From the NCBI GenBank assembly GCA_001512785.1, contig LFSQ01000002.1, positions 529 to 64,528 of the forward strand: a stretch of 64,000 bases of DNA, in the 5' to 3' direction. This stretch comes from Syntrophomonas sp. DTU019. GTDB lineage: Bacteria; Bacillota; Syntrophomonadia; Syntrophomonadales; Syntrophomonadaceae. The position numbers and the translations under genes are program-made. Each line of letters starts with the position of its first letter. The first letter of the stretch is position 1. The notes under the pieces are model-generated. The model did no database searches. It saw only the letters and a list, made by a program, of their open reading frames with translations, and was not told the origin of the DNA. Shown in pieces: positions 1 to 9,869 of this stretch.

Positions 1-39
1 AGAAAAGGACGGCCCAGCTATCACCAAAAGGACCGTCCT
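1..39 (-). terminator. Possible rho-independent terminator downstream of the dacF-like gene
   Basis: On the minus strand, the AGGACGG/CCGTCCT stem (6-12 pairs with 33-39) is followed by TTTTCT. The loop is long (20 nt) and the site touches the window edge. Confidence 0.3.
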
Positions 40-64
40 CACTGGCAAATTCCATATCAGTAAG

Positions 65-1213
65 CTATCTTATGAGGAATACCCCCTGAAGAAGCTTGAG
101 TATTTCCTTTACTGCCCCCGCCTGAGGCACATCCTGGGCAGCTACCAGATCAACCTGCTTTATTAAGAGCTGATCCTTATAAATCTGAATTTCTCCGATT
201 TTCTGGCCTTTTAATATGGGAGCATCGATATAGTCGGGCAGCACCTGGCTGTAGGAAAGGGACTTTTCCTCACCTTTGAGGCAGATGGTGCCAACATCAG
301 CAGCAGCCACTACCTCAATGCTGTCCACCACACCTTTGCCCACCTTGACCGTTCCACAAACATTGCCCTTTTCAAAGAAGCTCTTATATGCATGTTTGGC
401 AAAACCGTAGTTGAACAACACCATGCTGTCGCTGAAGTGGCCGCGCGGCTCCGGTGAAGCCATCACTACTGCGATCAGGCGCAGCCCATCTCGTTTCACG
501 GTTGCGGCCAGGCAGTATTTGGCCTCATTGGTCCAGCCGGTCTTAAAGCCATCTGTACCCTGAAACCACCACAAGAGCTTGTTGGTATTCCACAACTTGA
601 ACTCCCCATTGCGCAGATCGTATTCTTTGATCGCGCAGTACTCCAGAATCTTAGGATACTGCAGCGCATGCCGGGCTATGACCGCCATGTCATAGGACGA
701 GGTGTAATGGCCTTCGGCAGACAGTCCATAGGAATTGACGAAATGGGTATTCTTAAGGCCCATTTCCTGAGCGGTTTGGTTCATGCGCTCAACAAAGGCT
801 TCATGGCTGCCTTCGAGATGTTCGGCCACAGCTACACAAGCGTCGTTGGCCGATCCCACCGCAATCGCAATCAACATCTCCTCCAGGCTCATTTTTTCAC
901 CGGGCTCCAGATAGATCTGAGAGCCTCCCATTTTCCAGGCATTCTCGCTGGTAACCACTATGTCCGTCAGTGACGCTTTCCCCGCTTCCAGATCCTGAGC
1001 GGCCAGAATCAAAGTCATCAATTTGGTCATACTGGCAGGTGCCATTCTCTCATGTTCATTGTGCGCCAAGAGCACCTGGCCGGAATCAGCATCCATCAAA
1101 ACGTACGATTCGGCTTTGATATCCAGCGTTTCAGCCCTTACTGCCGCAGGGGACCACAGAAGAATGATGAAAGCGCACAACATCATCCAGGCACAATTTC
1201 TGCCTATTTTCAT
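65..1213 (-). CDS. D-alanyl-D-alanine carboxypeptidase (PBP5/S11 family, DacF/DacB-like)
   Basis: 382 aa with an N-terminal signal peptide. It has the SxxK (ASMTK), SxN (GSAND) and KTG (FKTGWT) motifs. Its position relative to deoB and xerD matches dacF in Bacillus. Confidence 0.9.
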   Translation of the reverse strand: MKIGRNCAWMMLCAFIILLWSPAAVRAETLDIKAESYVLMDADSGQVLLAHNEHERMAPASMTKLMTLILAAQDLEAGKASLTDIVVTSENAWKMGGSQIYLEPGEKMSLEEMLIAIAVGSANDACVAVAEHLEGSHEAFVERMNQTAQEMGLKNTHFVNSYGLSAEGHYTSSYDMAVIARHALQYPKILEYCAIKEYDLRNGEFKLWNTNKLLWWFQGTDGFKTGWTNEAKYCLAATVKRDGLRLIAVVMASPEPRGHFSDSMVLFNYGFAKHAYKSFFEKGNVCGTVKVGKGVVDSIEVVAAADVGTICLKGEEKSLSYSQVLPDYIDAPILKGQKIGEIQIYKDQLLIKQVDLVAAQDVPQAGAVKEILKLLQGVFLIR

Positions 1214-1396
1214 AGCAGGCTATACCTCCCCAGACGTTCATTATTAGATTATATTTAGGGAAAGAGGGTATTATGCTAAGGGTTGAGCGGGTAAAAAAGA
1301 GGTATGGTATACTTGAATTAATGGATATATTTAGCATTACACCATGAGCTGCAGGAAAGGCTGCCGGGCCGAGAGCCGGATCGGGCTAAAACCTCT

Positions 1397-1906
1397 ATGA
1401 GGATCGATTTTGAGCAGAAGGCAACTGGATGGCTCAAATCAAGCCGTTTCAGCTTTTATATGGAAGGAGCAAAAATATTGAGGTATTTCACTTTTACGGT
1501 ACTGGCGATCTTTGTTATACTGGCCGTTTGTCTGGGCAGGCCTGCTTTGGATGAAGAAACCCTGATCAGAAACCATGCCGACCCCATCGCCGAACAGATG
1601 CTGACGGCTCTCAGCCAGGATGATTACACCGCCTTCGCCATGCATTTCGATGAACATATGCTTGATACCTTTTCCGAAGCGGAGTTTCACCGGCTCAGCC
1701 AGAGTATCAGGGCAAGCTACGGGATCTATGAGTCAATCAGTCATTTCAGCACTACAGTGTACCCGCAGGCCACAATAGTGAAATATATAGCGCAATTCAG
1801 CCAGGACAGGACCGGTCTTGACTTTACTATCGAATTCTCCAAAACCGCCGGACCTGGTTCTGTACATGGCTTCAGCCTGGTTCAGGCCGGTTGGCTGACC
1901 AGGTAA
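1397..1906 (+). CDS. Hypothetical membrane-anchored protein
   Basis: The ORF has one N-terminal TM helix (FTFTVLAIFVILAVCL) and a ~120-aa soluble domain. A better start is probably the TTG at 1478, preceded by GGAAGGAG (1463-1470). I do not recognise a family. Confidence 0.55.
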   Translation: MRIDFEQKATGWLKSSRFSFYMEGAKILRYFTFTVLAIFVILAVCLGRPALDEETLIRNHADPIAEQMLTALSQDDYTAFAMHFDEHMLDTFSEAEFHRLSQSIRASYGIYESISHFSTTVYPQATIVKYIAQFSQDRTGLDFTIEFSKTAGPGSVHGFSLVQAGWLTR

Positions 1907-2035
1907 AGCAGCTGCCCGACCTGCTTTATTCCAACTGAAAGCAAATATTTCGACCCCATCCTCATCGCAAGGCTTAACCACACGGTGGCTGGTCAGCAAG
2001 TATCCACCAGATGCTGCTGTTCTGTCAGGCTGCCT

Positions 2036-3346
2036 TCATGCTCCGCGAATAACATCGAGTATCAACGGTATCGGGGGCAGTGCCGAGCTGCCCAGCTGAA
2101 AGGCCTGTGTTATCAATTCCCGGGCGGTGTTCATCCGTTCAGAACGGTTGTAATGCATTATGGCCAGGGGTTCACCCTTATCTACCCTGTCCCCGCGTTT
2201 TTTCAAGAGTTCCACCCCAACCGCATGGTCGATTACATCGCTCAAACTCTCCCTCCCGGCACCCAGGTACATAGCTGCGCGGCCGATGGCAAATGCGTCG
2301 ATGCCTTGAACAAATCCGCTCTCAGAGGCATATACCTCCTGTTTACAGTCAGCCTCGGGCAGCCCGTAAGCGGGCTTCTCTTCATCCCAGCTTCCGCCCT
2401 GCCAGGCCACCATCTGGCGGAGTTTGTCCGCAGCCGCTCCGGAGCTGAGCATATCCACAGCCTGGCTCATGGCGGCTTCGAAAGTGCCGGCCTTCTCGCC
2501 CAGGAGGATCATTTCTGCGGCCAGGTGCAGGGAGAGTTCCTTCAAATCCCGGGGCCCCTGCCCTCGCAGGGTATCCATGGCTTCCCTTACCTCAAGGGCA
2601 TTGCCAACCATATTGCCCAGGGGCTGTTCCATGTCGGTTAAAACTGCAACCATTTTTCTGCCGGCTCCTGTGCCGATAGCCACCATCAACTCAGCCAGAG
2701 CCCGGGCGGAGGGAAGATCCTTCATGAAAGCCCCCTGCCCCACCTTCACGTCCAGCACTATGGCGGCGGCTCCGGAGGCCAGCTTCTTGCTCATTATGCT
2801 GGAGGCGATGAGAGGAATGCTGTCTACCGTAGCGGTCAAATCGCGCAGGGCATAGAGGCGTTTATCGGCCGGCACCAGATTGCCTGACTGCGAAATAACC
2901 GCGGCCTTCACCCGGTTAACCTGCCGGATGAACTCGGCATAGCTTCTTTCCACCTGAAATCCGGGAATGGACTCGAATTTGTCAATAGTGCCGCCGGTGT
3001 GGCCCAGGCCGCGCCCGGACATCTTGGCCACCGGCACCCCGGCGGCGGCAGCTATGGGAATGGCCACCAGGGTTGTCTTGTCACCCACACCGCCGGTGCT
3101 GTGTTTATCTACAGTTATGCCCTTAACAGCAGACAGGTCCATTTGTTCGCCGGAGTTGGCCATAGCCACCGCCAGCCAGGTGGTTTCTTCACTGTCCATC
3201 CCCCGGAAATACACCGCCATGGCCCAGGCAGCAACCTGGTAATCCGGCATGGAGCCATCGCTGATGCCTTTCACCACATATTCGATTTCGTCCCGGCTCA
3301 TTTTTAATCCGTCGCGCTTTTTCAGGATCAAATCGTAGTAGTTCAT
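2036..3346 (-). CDS. pdp: Pyrimidine-nucleoside (thymidine) phosphorylase
   Basis: 436 aa. The N-terminus reads YDLILKKRDG and the HSTGGVGDKT motif is present. It overlaps deoB by 4 nt (operon). Confidence 0.93.
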   Translation of the reverse strand: MNYYDLILKKRDGLKMSRDEIEYVVKGISDGSMPDYQVAAWAMAVYFRGMDSEETTWLAVAMANSGEQMDLSAVKGITVDKHSTGGVGDKTTLVAIPIAAAAGVPVAKMSGRGLGHTGGTIDKFESIPGFQVERSYAEFIRQVNRVKAAVISQSGNLVPADKRLYALRDLTATVDSIPLIASSIMSKKLASGAAAIVLDVKVGQGAFMKDLPSARALAELMVAIGTGAGRKMVAVLTDMEQPLGNMVGNALEVREAMDTLRGQGPRDLKELSLHLAAEMILLGEKAGTFEAAMSQAVDMLSSGAAADKLRQMVAWQGGSWDEEKPAYGLPEADCKQEVYASESGFVQGIDAFAIGRAAMYLGAGRESLSDVIDHAVGVELLKKRGDRVDKGEPLAIMHYNRSERMNTARELITQAFQLGSSALPPIPLILDVIRGA

Positions 3347-4524
3347 GATGCTCCCCTCAATTCAGCATAGAAACTCTGCCCGGCCAGCCCTTCCACCGGT
3401 ATGCCCAGGTGCTCGGCTATAGTCTGGCCGACATCGCTAAAACCACGGCGCCGCCCCAGGTTGACATTCCCGGGGAAAGCCGGTCCGTATACCAAAAGGG
3501 GCACACATTCGCGAGAATGGTCGGTGCTGGGGGTAGTGGGGTCATTGCCGTGGTCGGCAGTAATGAACAGCAGGTCTTCGCTGTGCATCAGCGCCAAAAT
3601 CTCCCCCAGGGCTTTGTCGAAGCGGGTCAAGGCCTCTGCGTATCCCAGCACATTGTTCCTGTGTCCGTAAACCTGATCGAAGTCGAGCAGGTTGGCAAAA
3701 ATCAGGCTGCCTTCCCCATCGCCTATGGCTGACAGCAGCAATTCAATGCCATGCTCATTGCCGGTAGTGGGACGATTGTCGCTTACCCCGCGGCCTCCAA
3801 ACAAGTCCTTGATCTTGCCTATCCCAATTACTTTCTGGCCGGATTCGATAATAAAATCCAGTATGTTGCGGGGCGGGGCCAGAGAATAATCGTGACGGTT
3901 GCTGGTGCGTTTGAAGTCCCCGGCCTGTCCGGTGAAAGGGCGGGCAATAACCCGTCCTACGGCATGTTCGCCCTTAAGCAGTTCCCGGGCGGTCTCGCAC
4001 ATGGCATACAGTTCATCTAAAGGAACAACCTCCTCGTGGGCTGCGATCTGAAACACGCTGTCCGCCGAGGTATATACTATGGGGCAGCCGGTTTTCATAT
4101 GGTCGCTCCCCAGTTGCTCGATAATTTCGGTGCCTGAAGCCACCACATTGCCCAGGCACTTGCGGCCGATCCGCTCTTCGAAGGTTTTTATAATCTCCTC
4201 CGGAAAGCCTTGCTCATAAGTAGGAAAAGGCTGCTTAAGTAACACCCCCATGAGTTCCCAATGCCCGGTAGTGCTGTCTTTGCCTTGAGAAGCCGGTTCC
4301 ATCACGCCAAAAGCCCCAATAGGGGTTGGTTGCGCCTCTACCCCTTTAATGTCGGCCAGATGCCCCAGTCCCAGCCGGCTCAAATTGGGAAGCTGCAATC
4401 CGTTTAAAGCCGCAGCGGTATTGACCAGCGAGTTGCTGCCCTCGTCCCCGTACAGTGCGGCATCCGGAGCAGCCCCAATGCCCACCCCGTCCAGGACGAT
4501 CAGTATAGCCCTTCTCTTCATCAC
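3343..4524 (-). CDS. deoB: Phosphopentomutase
   Basis: 393 aa with ILIVLDGVGIG at the N-terminus and the metal-site motif TADHGNDPT. Confidence 0.93.
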   Translation of the reverse strand: MMKRRAILIVLDGVGIGAAPDAALYGDEGSNSLVNTAAALNGLQLPNLSRLGLGHLADIKGVEAQPTPIGAFGVMEPASQGKDSTTGHWELMGVLLKQPFPTYEQGFPEEIIKTFEERIGRKCLGNVVASGTEIIEQLGSDHMKTGCPIVYTSADSVFQIAAHEEVVPLDELYAMCETARELLKGEHAVGRVIARPFTGQAGDFKRTSNRHDYSLAPPRNILDFIIESGQKVIGIGKIKDLFGGRGVSDNRPTTGNEHGIELLLSAIGDGEGSLIFANLLDFDQVYGHRNNVLGYAEALTRFDKALGEILALMHSEDLLFITADHGNDPTTPSTDHSRECVPLLVYGPAFPGNVNLGRRRGFSDVGQTIAEHLGIPVEGLAGQSFYAELRGAS

Positions 4525-4624
4525 AAACCTCCTCGGTTGGTCTAATAGTGTCAGCCCATCATATCACAGCATTGTCGCTGCCCATAGCTTGCCCCAAAAC
4601 CCGCCCCGCATTGGCGGCCCGGCC

Positions 4625-5533
4625 TCAAGCCCGGGGATGATAGAGCTGATATACCTCCAGCAGTCGCGAGCGGGTCAAATGAGTGTATATCTGTGTGGTG
4701 GAAATGTCAGCATGTCCCAGCATCTCCTGCACAGCCCGCAAATCAGCCCCGTTTTCCAAAAGATGGGTGGCAAAGGAATGACGCAGGGTATGTGGGGTGA
4801 TATCCTTGTTCAGATCAGCTTTTTGCGCATAGCCGCTCAGGATTTTGAAAAAGCCCTGCCGGCTCATACGACTGCCGCGGGCATTGAGAAACAATACTTC
4901 CTGGGCCACCTTCTTTATCAGCAGGGGACGGCCGTGCTGCAGGTAATGCTCCACCCAGCGCAAGGCACTGCCGTTTACAGGCACAATCCTCTCTTTGCGG
5001 CCTTTACCCAGACATCGCAAAAAGCCCGCGGTAAGATTGATATCATTGTTCTTTAAGGCCAGCATTTCCGACACCCTTATCCCGGTTCCGTACATCAACT
5101 CCAGCATGGCCCGATCCCGCAAACCACGCGGCGTGGTCACTTTGGGCATCTCCATTAAGCGATCCACTTCGGCCACTGTCAGGACCTGAGGCAGGTGCCT
5201 TTTTATGCGCGGGTTTTCCAAATCCAGAGCCGCATTGTCAGTAACCCGCCCCTCCAGGAGGAGGAACTTAAAAAAGCCTTTGATGCTGGAAAGGCTGCGG
5301 GCAACAGTGGAATGAGCCTGGCCTTGGTCCAATAGCCAGGTCAAAAAAGCCATGATATCCTGCTTCTTAAGCCCGGCCGGGTCAAGGCTGCGACCGGTAT
5401 TCTGCAAAAAAGCGTGCAGTTTCAGCAGGTCCCGGCGATAGGCCTCCCGGCTGTTCGGTGACAGGCCTTTTTCATATTCGAGGTATTCTATAAAGGCATC
5501 AAGACAGGTTAACATGGCTCGCTTTGCTTTCAT
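4625..5533 (-). CDS. xerD: Site-specific tyrosine recombinase XerD
   Basis: 302 aa. The catalytic region carries LRHSFATHLL and GHADISTTQIYTH (R-H-R-Y tetrad). Synteny matches ripX/xerD in Bacillus. Confidence 0.9.
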   Translation of the reverse strand: MKAKRAMLTCLDAFIEYLEYEKGLSPNSREAYRRDLLKLHAFLQNTGRSLDPAGLKKQDIMAFLTWLLDQGQAHSTVARSLSSIKGFFKFLLLEGRVTDNAALDLENPRIKRHLPQVLTVAEVDRLMEMPKVTTPRGLRDRAMLELMYGTGIRVSEMLALKNNDINLTAGFLRCLGKGRKERIVPVNGSALRWVEHYLQHGRPLLIKKVAQEVLFLNARGSRMSRQGFFKILSGYAQKADLNKDITPHTLRHSFATHLLENGADLRAVQEMLGHADISTTQIYTHLTRSRLLEVYQLYHPRA

Positions 5534-5579
5534 TTTTTTGTTTTATTAGACACCCTGTAAGGCTTTTCCTGCACCCCCT

Positions 5580-5837
5580 TTATTCCTCATAATAAAATTC
5601 CTGCAGCTTAAAAACGAACTGATCCAACAGCTGCTGGAATGTGTTCTTTTCACTGTCTTCCACCCTCATGGGATTTCCGCTGGGCTGCTCATCCTGAAAC
5701 CAGGAACTTATGGCCGGAACGTGTTCATAGAGCAGACCGGTCACCAACGGCATAGCAGCGGCAAAAACTGCAATTAAGGCGATTACAGCAAGAATTTTGA
5801 TCAGCTTTTTTTTCCAATTTCCAACCAGAATAACCAA
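5580..5837 (-). CDS. Small membrane protein (YqzK/DUF4227-like)
   Basis: 85 aa with a single TM helix. It occupies the position of B. subtilis yqzK between xerD and spoIIM. The family assignment is from memory and synteny only. Confidence 0.55.
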   Translation of the reverse strand: MVILVGNWKKKLIKILAVIALIAVFAAAMPLVTGLLYEHVPAISSWFQDEQPSGNPMRVEDSEKNTFQQLLDQFVFKLQEFYYEE

Positions 5838-5852
5838 TCAAGACACCTCCCG

Positions 5853-6461
5853 TTATTTTATAAAACTATCTAAAAGCCAGGATACCAAATAGGCCTCTAT
5901 AAAAGCCCCCAGCATGAATACCAGCATCAGCATCCCTACCAAGGAAGTATACCCCAGCAGGCTGACCCCCAATGGGGCCCGGTTATAGCTGCGTCCCCGC
6001 ACAATATAGAGCGAGAAATCCACGGCTATTACCGACGCAATCAGCAGAACCGGAACATAGATGAGGTTTTGGGGGAGAAGCGAAATAAAGGTCAATAACA
6101 CCCCCTGAGCAGCCTTTTCCTGAAACAGGAACCCGGCTGTAAATCCCAAAGAAAAGCCGCGCATGAAAACCACTGCCAGGATGAGGGGAATGCCAATCAC
6201 GGTCAGTCCCAAAGCCCAGATGGCCAGTATGAAGCGGCCCTGATTGAGCAAAGCGCTGACAAAAACGGCGGGGCCGTATACCCCTTGCTGCTCCCCCAGA
6301 TAGAGATCGATCATTTCCAGCAGGCGTTCTTTTACTCCCCCTTCCAGGTCACCTGCTTTCAAGGCTCCCATTATTAATCCCAATGTAAAAAGCGCTGCCA
6401 CCATGCAGTATTGAATGCGGTTTTCGCGGAAGTGCTCTCTGAATTTTAGCCTTAAGTTCAT
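5853..6461 (-). CDS. spoIIM: Stage II sporulation protein M
   Basis: 202 aa polytopic membrane protein with about 5 TM helices. Its length, topology and position fit SpoIIM. Confidence 0.75.
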   Translation of the reverse strand: MNLRLKFREHFRENRIQYCMVAALFTLGLIMGALKAGDLEGGVKERLLEMIDLYLGEQQGVYGPAVFVSALLNQGRFILAIWALGLTVIGIPLILAVVFMRGFSLGFTAGFLFQEKAAQGVLLTFISLLPQNLIYVPVLLIASVIAVDFSLYIVRGRSYNRAPLGVSLLGYTSLVGMLMLVFMLGAFIEAYLVSWLLDSFIK

Positions 6462-6553
6462 GCACTAAGTCTCCCTGGCAAGGCATATTCCGTGGCGTGA
6501 TCGTGCAGCCCAAGAGGCCTGTAACATAATATTTTGGCTATGGTAACTTTATG

Positions 6554-6591
6554 CAAAAAGAAAAAGGCCTGAGATGTCGATTCCCAGGCCT
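6554..6591 (-). terminator. Rho-independent terminator after the CBS-DHH gene
   Basis: On the minus strand, the AGGCCTG...CAGGCCT stem (6565-6591) is followed by TTTTTCTTTTT (6554-6564). Confidence 0.7.
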
Positions 6592-6623
6592 GCCCGGATA
6601 GGCTTGATTTTGTTCCAAAAACC

Positions 6624-7982
6624 CTATACTATTTGTTTTTGCCTGATATGCTGGATAATAACCGGTACTACCTGTTTTTTCCTGGACATCACCCCGGGAA
6701 GGGTTATGATGCCCTGCCGGGCCTGGCTTCGAAAAGCCTCTTCTACAAATTCCGCCTGAGGGCCGGCGATGATCAGCTCGGTCGATTCTTCCAAAATGGC
6801 CGTAACCATCAAACACATGAAGTCATAAGCCCGGCTCTGGCACAGTTCTTCCATAGCCTGACGCAGCCCCTGCTGGCGGCGGTGCAACTGGTGCAACTCC
6901 AGGATCTCCACCTGAGCGACCGCAAACAGCAGCTGATCCTGCTGGTACTCCTTTAAATCGGAGGTTATTATGCTGGTCTCATCCTCTTCATGAAAAGAGG
7001 TCCCTTTTTGCAGTATGTCTTTTCCCCATTGCAGGCTGTTCAGTCCCGATATTTGCTCCAATTTGGCGGCGATCATACGATCCTTGGCAGTGGTGGTGGG
7101 AGATTTGAACAACATGGTATCGGTCATCAGCCCGGCCAGCATCAAGCCGGCATAGCTCCTGGCAAGAGGCACCTCATGGTTGAAGAAATGCTCGGCTATT
7201 AATGTACAAGTCGAACCAACCGGTTGATTGTAAAAATATATCGGCGCAAGGGTCTGCAGGTCGCCCACCCGGTGATGGTCGATAATCTCCACTATCTCCG
7301 CTTCTTCTATCCCATCAACCGCCTGTTTGCTCTCATTATGATCAACCAGTATCACCTGCTTGCGGCGCATGGCCAAAAGATGGTGGCGCGAGATCATGCC
7401 CAGAAAACGATGCTGATCGCCCACAACCGGATAGTTGCGATAACGGCTGTTCAACATGCTTCTTCTGACCTCTTCAATAGTGTCGTCTTTCTCAAAAAGG
7501 ACTAAATCCTGGCTTTTCATGATATCGCCCACCCGCAGGGACAGCAGGCGGCTTAATATCCCAGGGTTTTCGGCAAGGTTTGTTTCCGCACCCAGCTGTT
7601 CCAGGAACAACATGGCCATATCGCCGATAGTGACCAGGCCCAGGAACCTCCCCCCTTCATCCACCACGGGAACGGTTTTAACCGCCTGCTCGCGCATCAA
7701 ACCGCCCAGAGTCTTCAGATCCACATCAGCCCTGGTGGTGATTGACTGGCCGTCCAGAAGGTCTTCAGCTGTTGTGGCTACACTGCTCAACACCAGGGGT
7801 GGTTCTATACCCAGCTGCTGCAGAACAAACTGGCTTTCGCTGTTGATCGCTCCGGCTGCCGCAGGAATATACTCCTGGCCGGCCTGATAGTTCTTAAAAT
7901 GAGCATAGCTTATTGCTGCAGCAATCGAATCAACATCAGGGTTCTTATGCCCTATCACATATACCGGTTTTTTAATCTCCAT
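6624..7982 (-). CDS. DHH-CBS-DHHA2 protein, putative CBS-regulated manganese-dependent inorganic pyrophosphatase
   Basis: 452 aa. The DHH motifs are present (GHKNPDVDS, LVDHNE, IIDHHRVG). A CBS pair is inserted in the middle, followed by a C-terminal DHHA2-like region. Confidence 0.8.
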   Translation of the reverse strand: MEIKKPVYVIGHKNPDVDSIAAAISYAHFKNYQAGQEYIPAAAGAINSESQFVLQQLGIEPPLVLSSVATTAEDLLDGQSITTRADVDLKTLGGLMREQAVKTVPVVDEGGRFLGLVTIGDMAMLFLEQLGAETNLAENPGILSRLLSLRVGDIMKSQDLVLFEKDDTIEEVRRSMLNSRYRNYPVVGDQHRFLGMISRHHLLAMRRKQVILVDHNESKQAVDGIEEAEIVEIIDHHRVGDLQTLAPIYFYNQPVGSTCTLIAEHFFNHEVPLARSYAGLMLAGLMTDTMLFKSPTTTAKDRMIAAKLEQISGLNSLQWGKDILQKGTSFHEEDETSIITSDLKEYQQDQLLFAVAQVEILELHQLHRRQQGLRQAMEELCQSRAYDFMCLMVTAILEESTELIIAGPQAEFVEEAFRSQARQGIITLPGVMSRKKQVVPVIIQHIRQKQIV

Positions 7983-9147
7983 ATGCTTTCAAAACCTTTC
8001 CATAATAGCCTCCGCCACCAGGCCGGATGCTGAGCCGGCCATTGCGCATGGCCATAATCAAACCGGCCAGAGCGCTTCCACCGACCTGTGCTATGCGCTC
8101 TAAGGGGGCATGTTCAAGTATATCGATCTCGCTGGGAAAAGCCTGCCACAAGCGCTGCAGGGTTCGGGGACCGACGCCGGGCAAATCCTTTAAAGGGACC
8201 CGGTAATGATAAGGAGGGCGCCCAATGGGGTGATGCGGTTCATCATAATCCCTGATGCTCATCACCCGGTCATATACCCCCACCACCACATCAAGAGCAC
8301 CGCAGGCCGGACAGGCAAGCACGGGAGCGTCTTCTGTGGCTATGCGCCGGCACCTGGTGCAATAAGTACGGTGGTACTTCCCCAGGAGGGGATCCAGGCC
8401 GTAATTGGCCGCCACCTTCCGCCCTGAGGCTTTATGCAAAGCCAGGCGCAGTTCCTCGAAATTCTTGCCAGACATGCGCAGGAGATTGAATTCGCGCCCG
8501 ATGGTGCCCGAGGAATGGGCATCAGAATTGGACAGAAAGGTCACCCCGCGGGTTTCCGCAATCAGGTCAGCCATATCGGTATCTGCGCTCAGGCCCAGTT
8601 CCAATACCTTGAGAAATTGGGCCTGCTTTCCTAAAACATCCGCCCAGCGCCGGGTCCAGCAGCCATATATGCCTTTGTGGGGGGTGAAAACATGGGCCGG
8701 ACAGAGGATCCCGCCCAGCAGCACATTGAGGTTGATTAGGTCCAGTGTGCTGCAGCGGACTGGCGGGGTGGAAAGGTTGAGATTGCTCACCCGGGTAATG
8801 AGGTACTGCTGCAGTTTCGCCACACTGCCCAGATCAGGCAGATAAATGATGATATGTATGCCTTCGCGGGTCTCTATTTCACAGCCGGTCACCAGCATTA
8901 CCCCGTTTGCTGCCAGAAATCCGCCTCCCGGCTGTTCTTTAATGGCTCCCTCAGCCAGCAAAGACTTTATTTCAGCGCTGACCAGGGGGCTGCCTGCATC
9001 TACCATCCCCACTATATCCAGGCCTTTGCGCGGGGCATCCTCAAACAGCACCTTGCGCAGGGTCAAATGACGTGAGGCTGTGATCTTGACCGCTTTTCCC
9101 TGTGCACAGCCGATGTGAATATGTAAATCAGCGTAATAGTACTTCAT
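7972..9147 (-). CDS. Endonuclease Q-like protein (PHP-type metal site plus zinc finger; TIGR00375-type)
   Basis: 391 aa. The N-terminus reads YYADLHIHIG. A zinc ribbon is formed by CTRCRR...CPACG, and a C-terminal helix-hairpin-helix-like GVGPRT is present. Confidence 0.7.
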   Translation of the reverse strand: MKYYYADLHIHIGCAQGKAVKITASRHLTLRKVLFEDAPRKGLDIVGMVDAGSPLVSAEIKSLLAEGAIKEQPGGGFLAANGVMLVTGCEIETREGIHIIIYLPDLGSVAKLQQYLITRVSNLNLSTPPVRCSTLDLINLNVLLGGILCPAHVFTPHKGIYGCWTRRWADVLGKQAQFLKVLELGLSADTDMADLIAETRGVTFLSNSDAHSSGTIGREFNLLRMSGKNFEELRLALHKASGRKVAANYGLDPLLGKYHRTYCTRCRRIATEDAPVLACPACGALDVVVGVYDRVMSIRDYDEPHHPIGRPPYHYRVPLKDLPGVGPRTLQRLWQAFPSEIDILEHAPLERIAQVGGSALAGLIMAMRNGRLSIRPGGGGYYGKVLKAYGD

Positions 9148-9794
9148 CTACTGGCTGCCCTGCGGTTTAACAAATATTGTATGCCGATAATGCTTTTACC
9201 GTCCATGATCTCACCGCTAGCCATGGCTTTGGCGGCCTCATCCAACGGCATGATGACCCTTTCCACGAATTCATCCGCATCCAGATGCACGGTTCCGGGG
9301 GTCAGTCCGGTGGCCAAAAACAGATGCATATGTTCATTGCAGAAGCCGGGAGCGCTGTAATAAGACACCAATTTCTCCCAGTGTTTGGCCTTCATGCCGA
9401 CTTCTTCCTCCAATTCGCGCTGGGCGCAATGCAGCGGATCTTCCCCTTCTTCCAGGGTGCCGGCGGGAATCTCCACCAGGGTTTTTTCCACTGGCTTGCG
9501 GTACTGGCGCACCATGTACAGGTTATCATCATCATCGATGGCCACGATGGCTACAGCCCCGGCATGAAGGACGATCTCGCGCGTGCTCTCCTCACCGCCG
9601 GGCAGAAGCACCTTATCCACCCTGACTTCAACTATTCTCCCCTTGAATACGGACCTGGATTGTATGGTTTTCTCCTCGAGATTTATAGCGAACCCTCCCT
9701 GTATATATTTTCCATAGCCTGCATATACTGCAGCAGAGGTGACCATGATGAAGGTGTTTATAGAGCCTAACCGAATTGCTATGCAGGGTACCAT
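9144..9794 (-). CDS. nudF: ADP-ribose pyrophosphatase (Nudix hydrolase)
   Basis: The Nudix box reads GTLEEGEDPLHCAQRELEEEVGM. The N-terminal ~30 aa of the ORF are probably not translated; homologs begin near LEEKTI, and an internal Met lies at 9746. Confidence 0.85.
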   Translation of the reverse strand: MVPCIAIRLGSINTFIMVTSAAVYAGYGKYIQGGFAINLEEKTIQSRSVFKGRIVEVRVDKVLLPGGEESTREIVLHAGAVAIVAIDDDDNLYMVRQYRKPVEKTLVEIPAGTLEEGEDPLHCAQRELEEEVGMKAKHWEKLVSYYSAPGFCNEHMHLFLATGLTPGTVHLDADEFVERVIMPLDEAAKAMASGEIMDGKSIIGIQYLLNRRAASR

Positions 9795-9869
9795 CGGGCA
9801 AATACTGGCCTGGCTGGAAAAATTGCCTAAAGAAATGCCTCTTAAGGAGTATATTCACCTCAGCCTGCA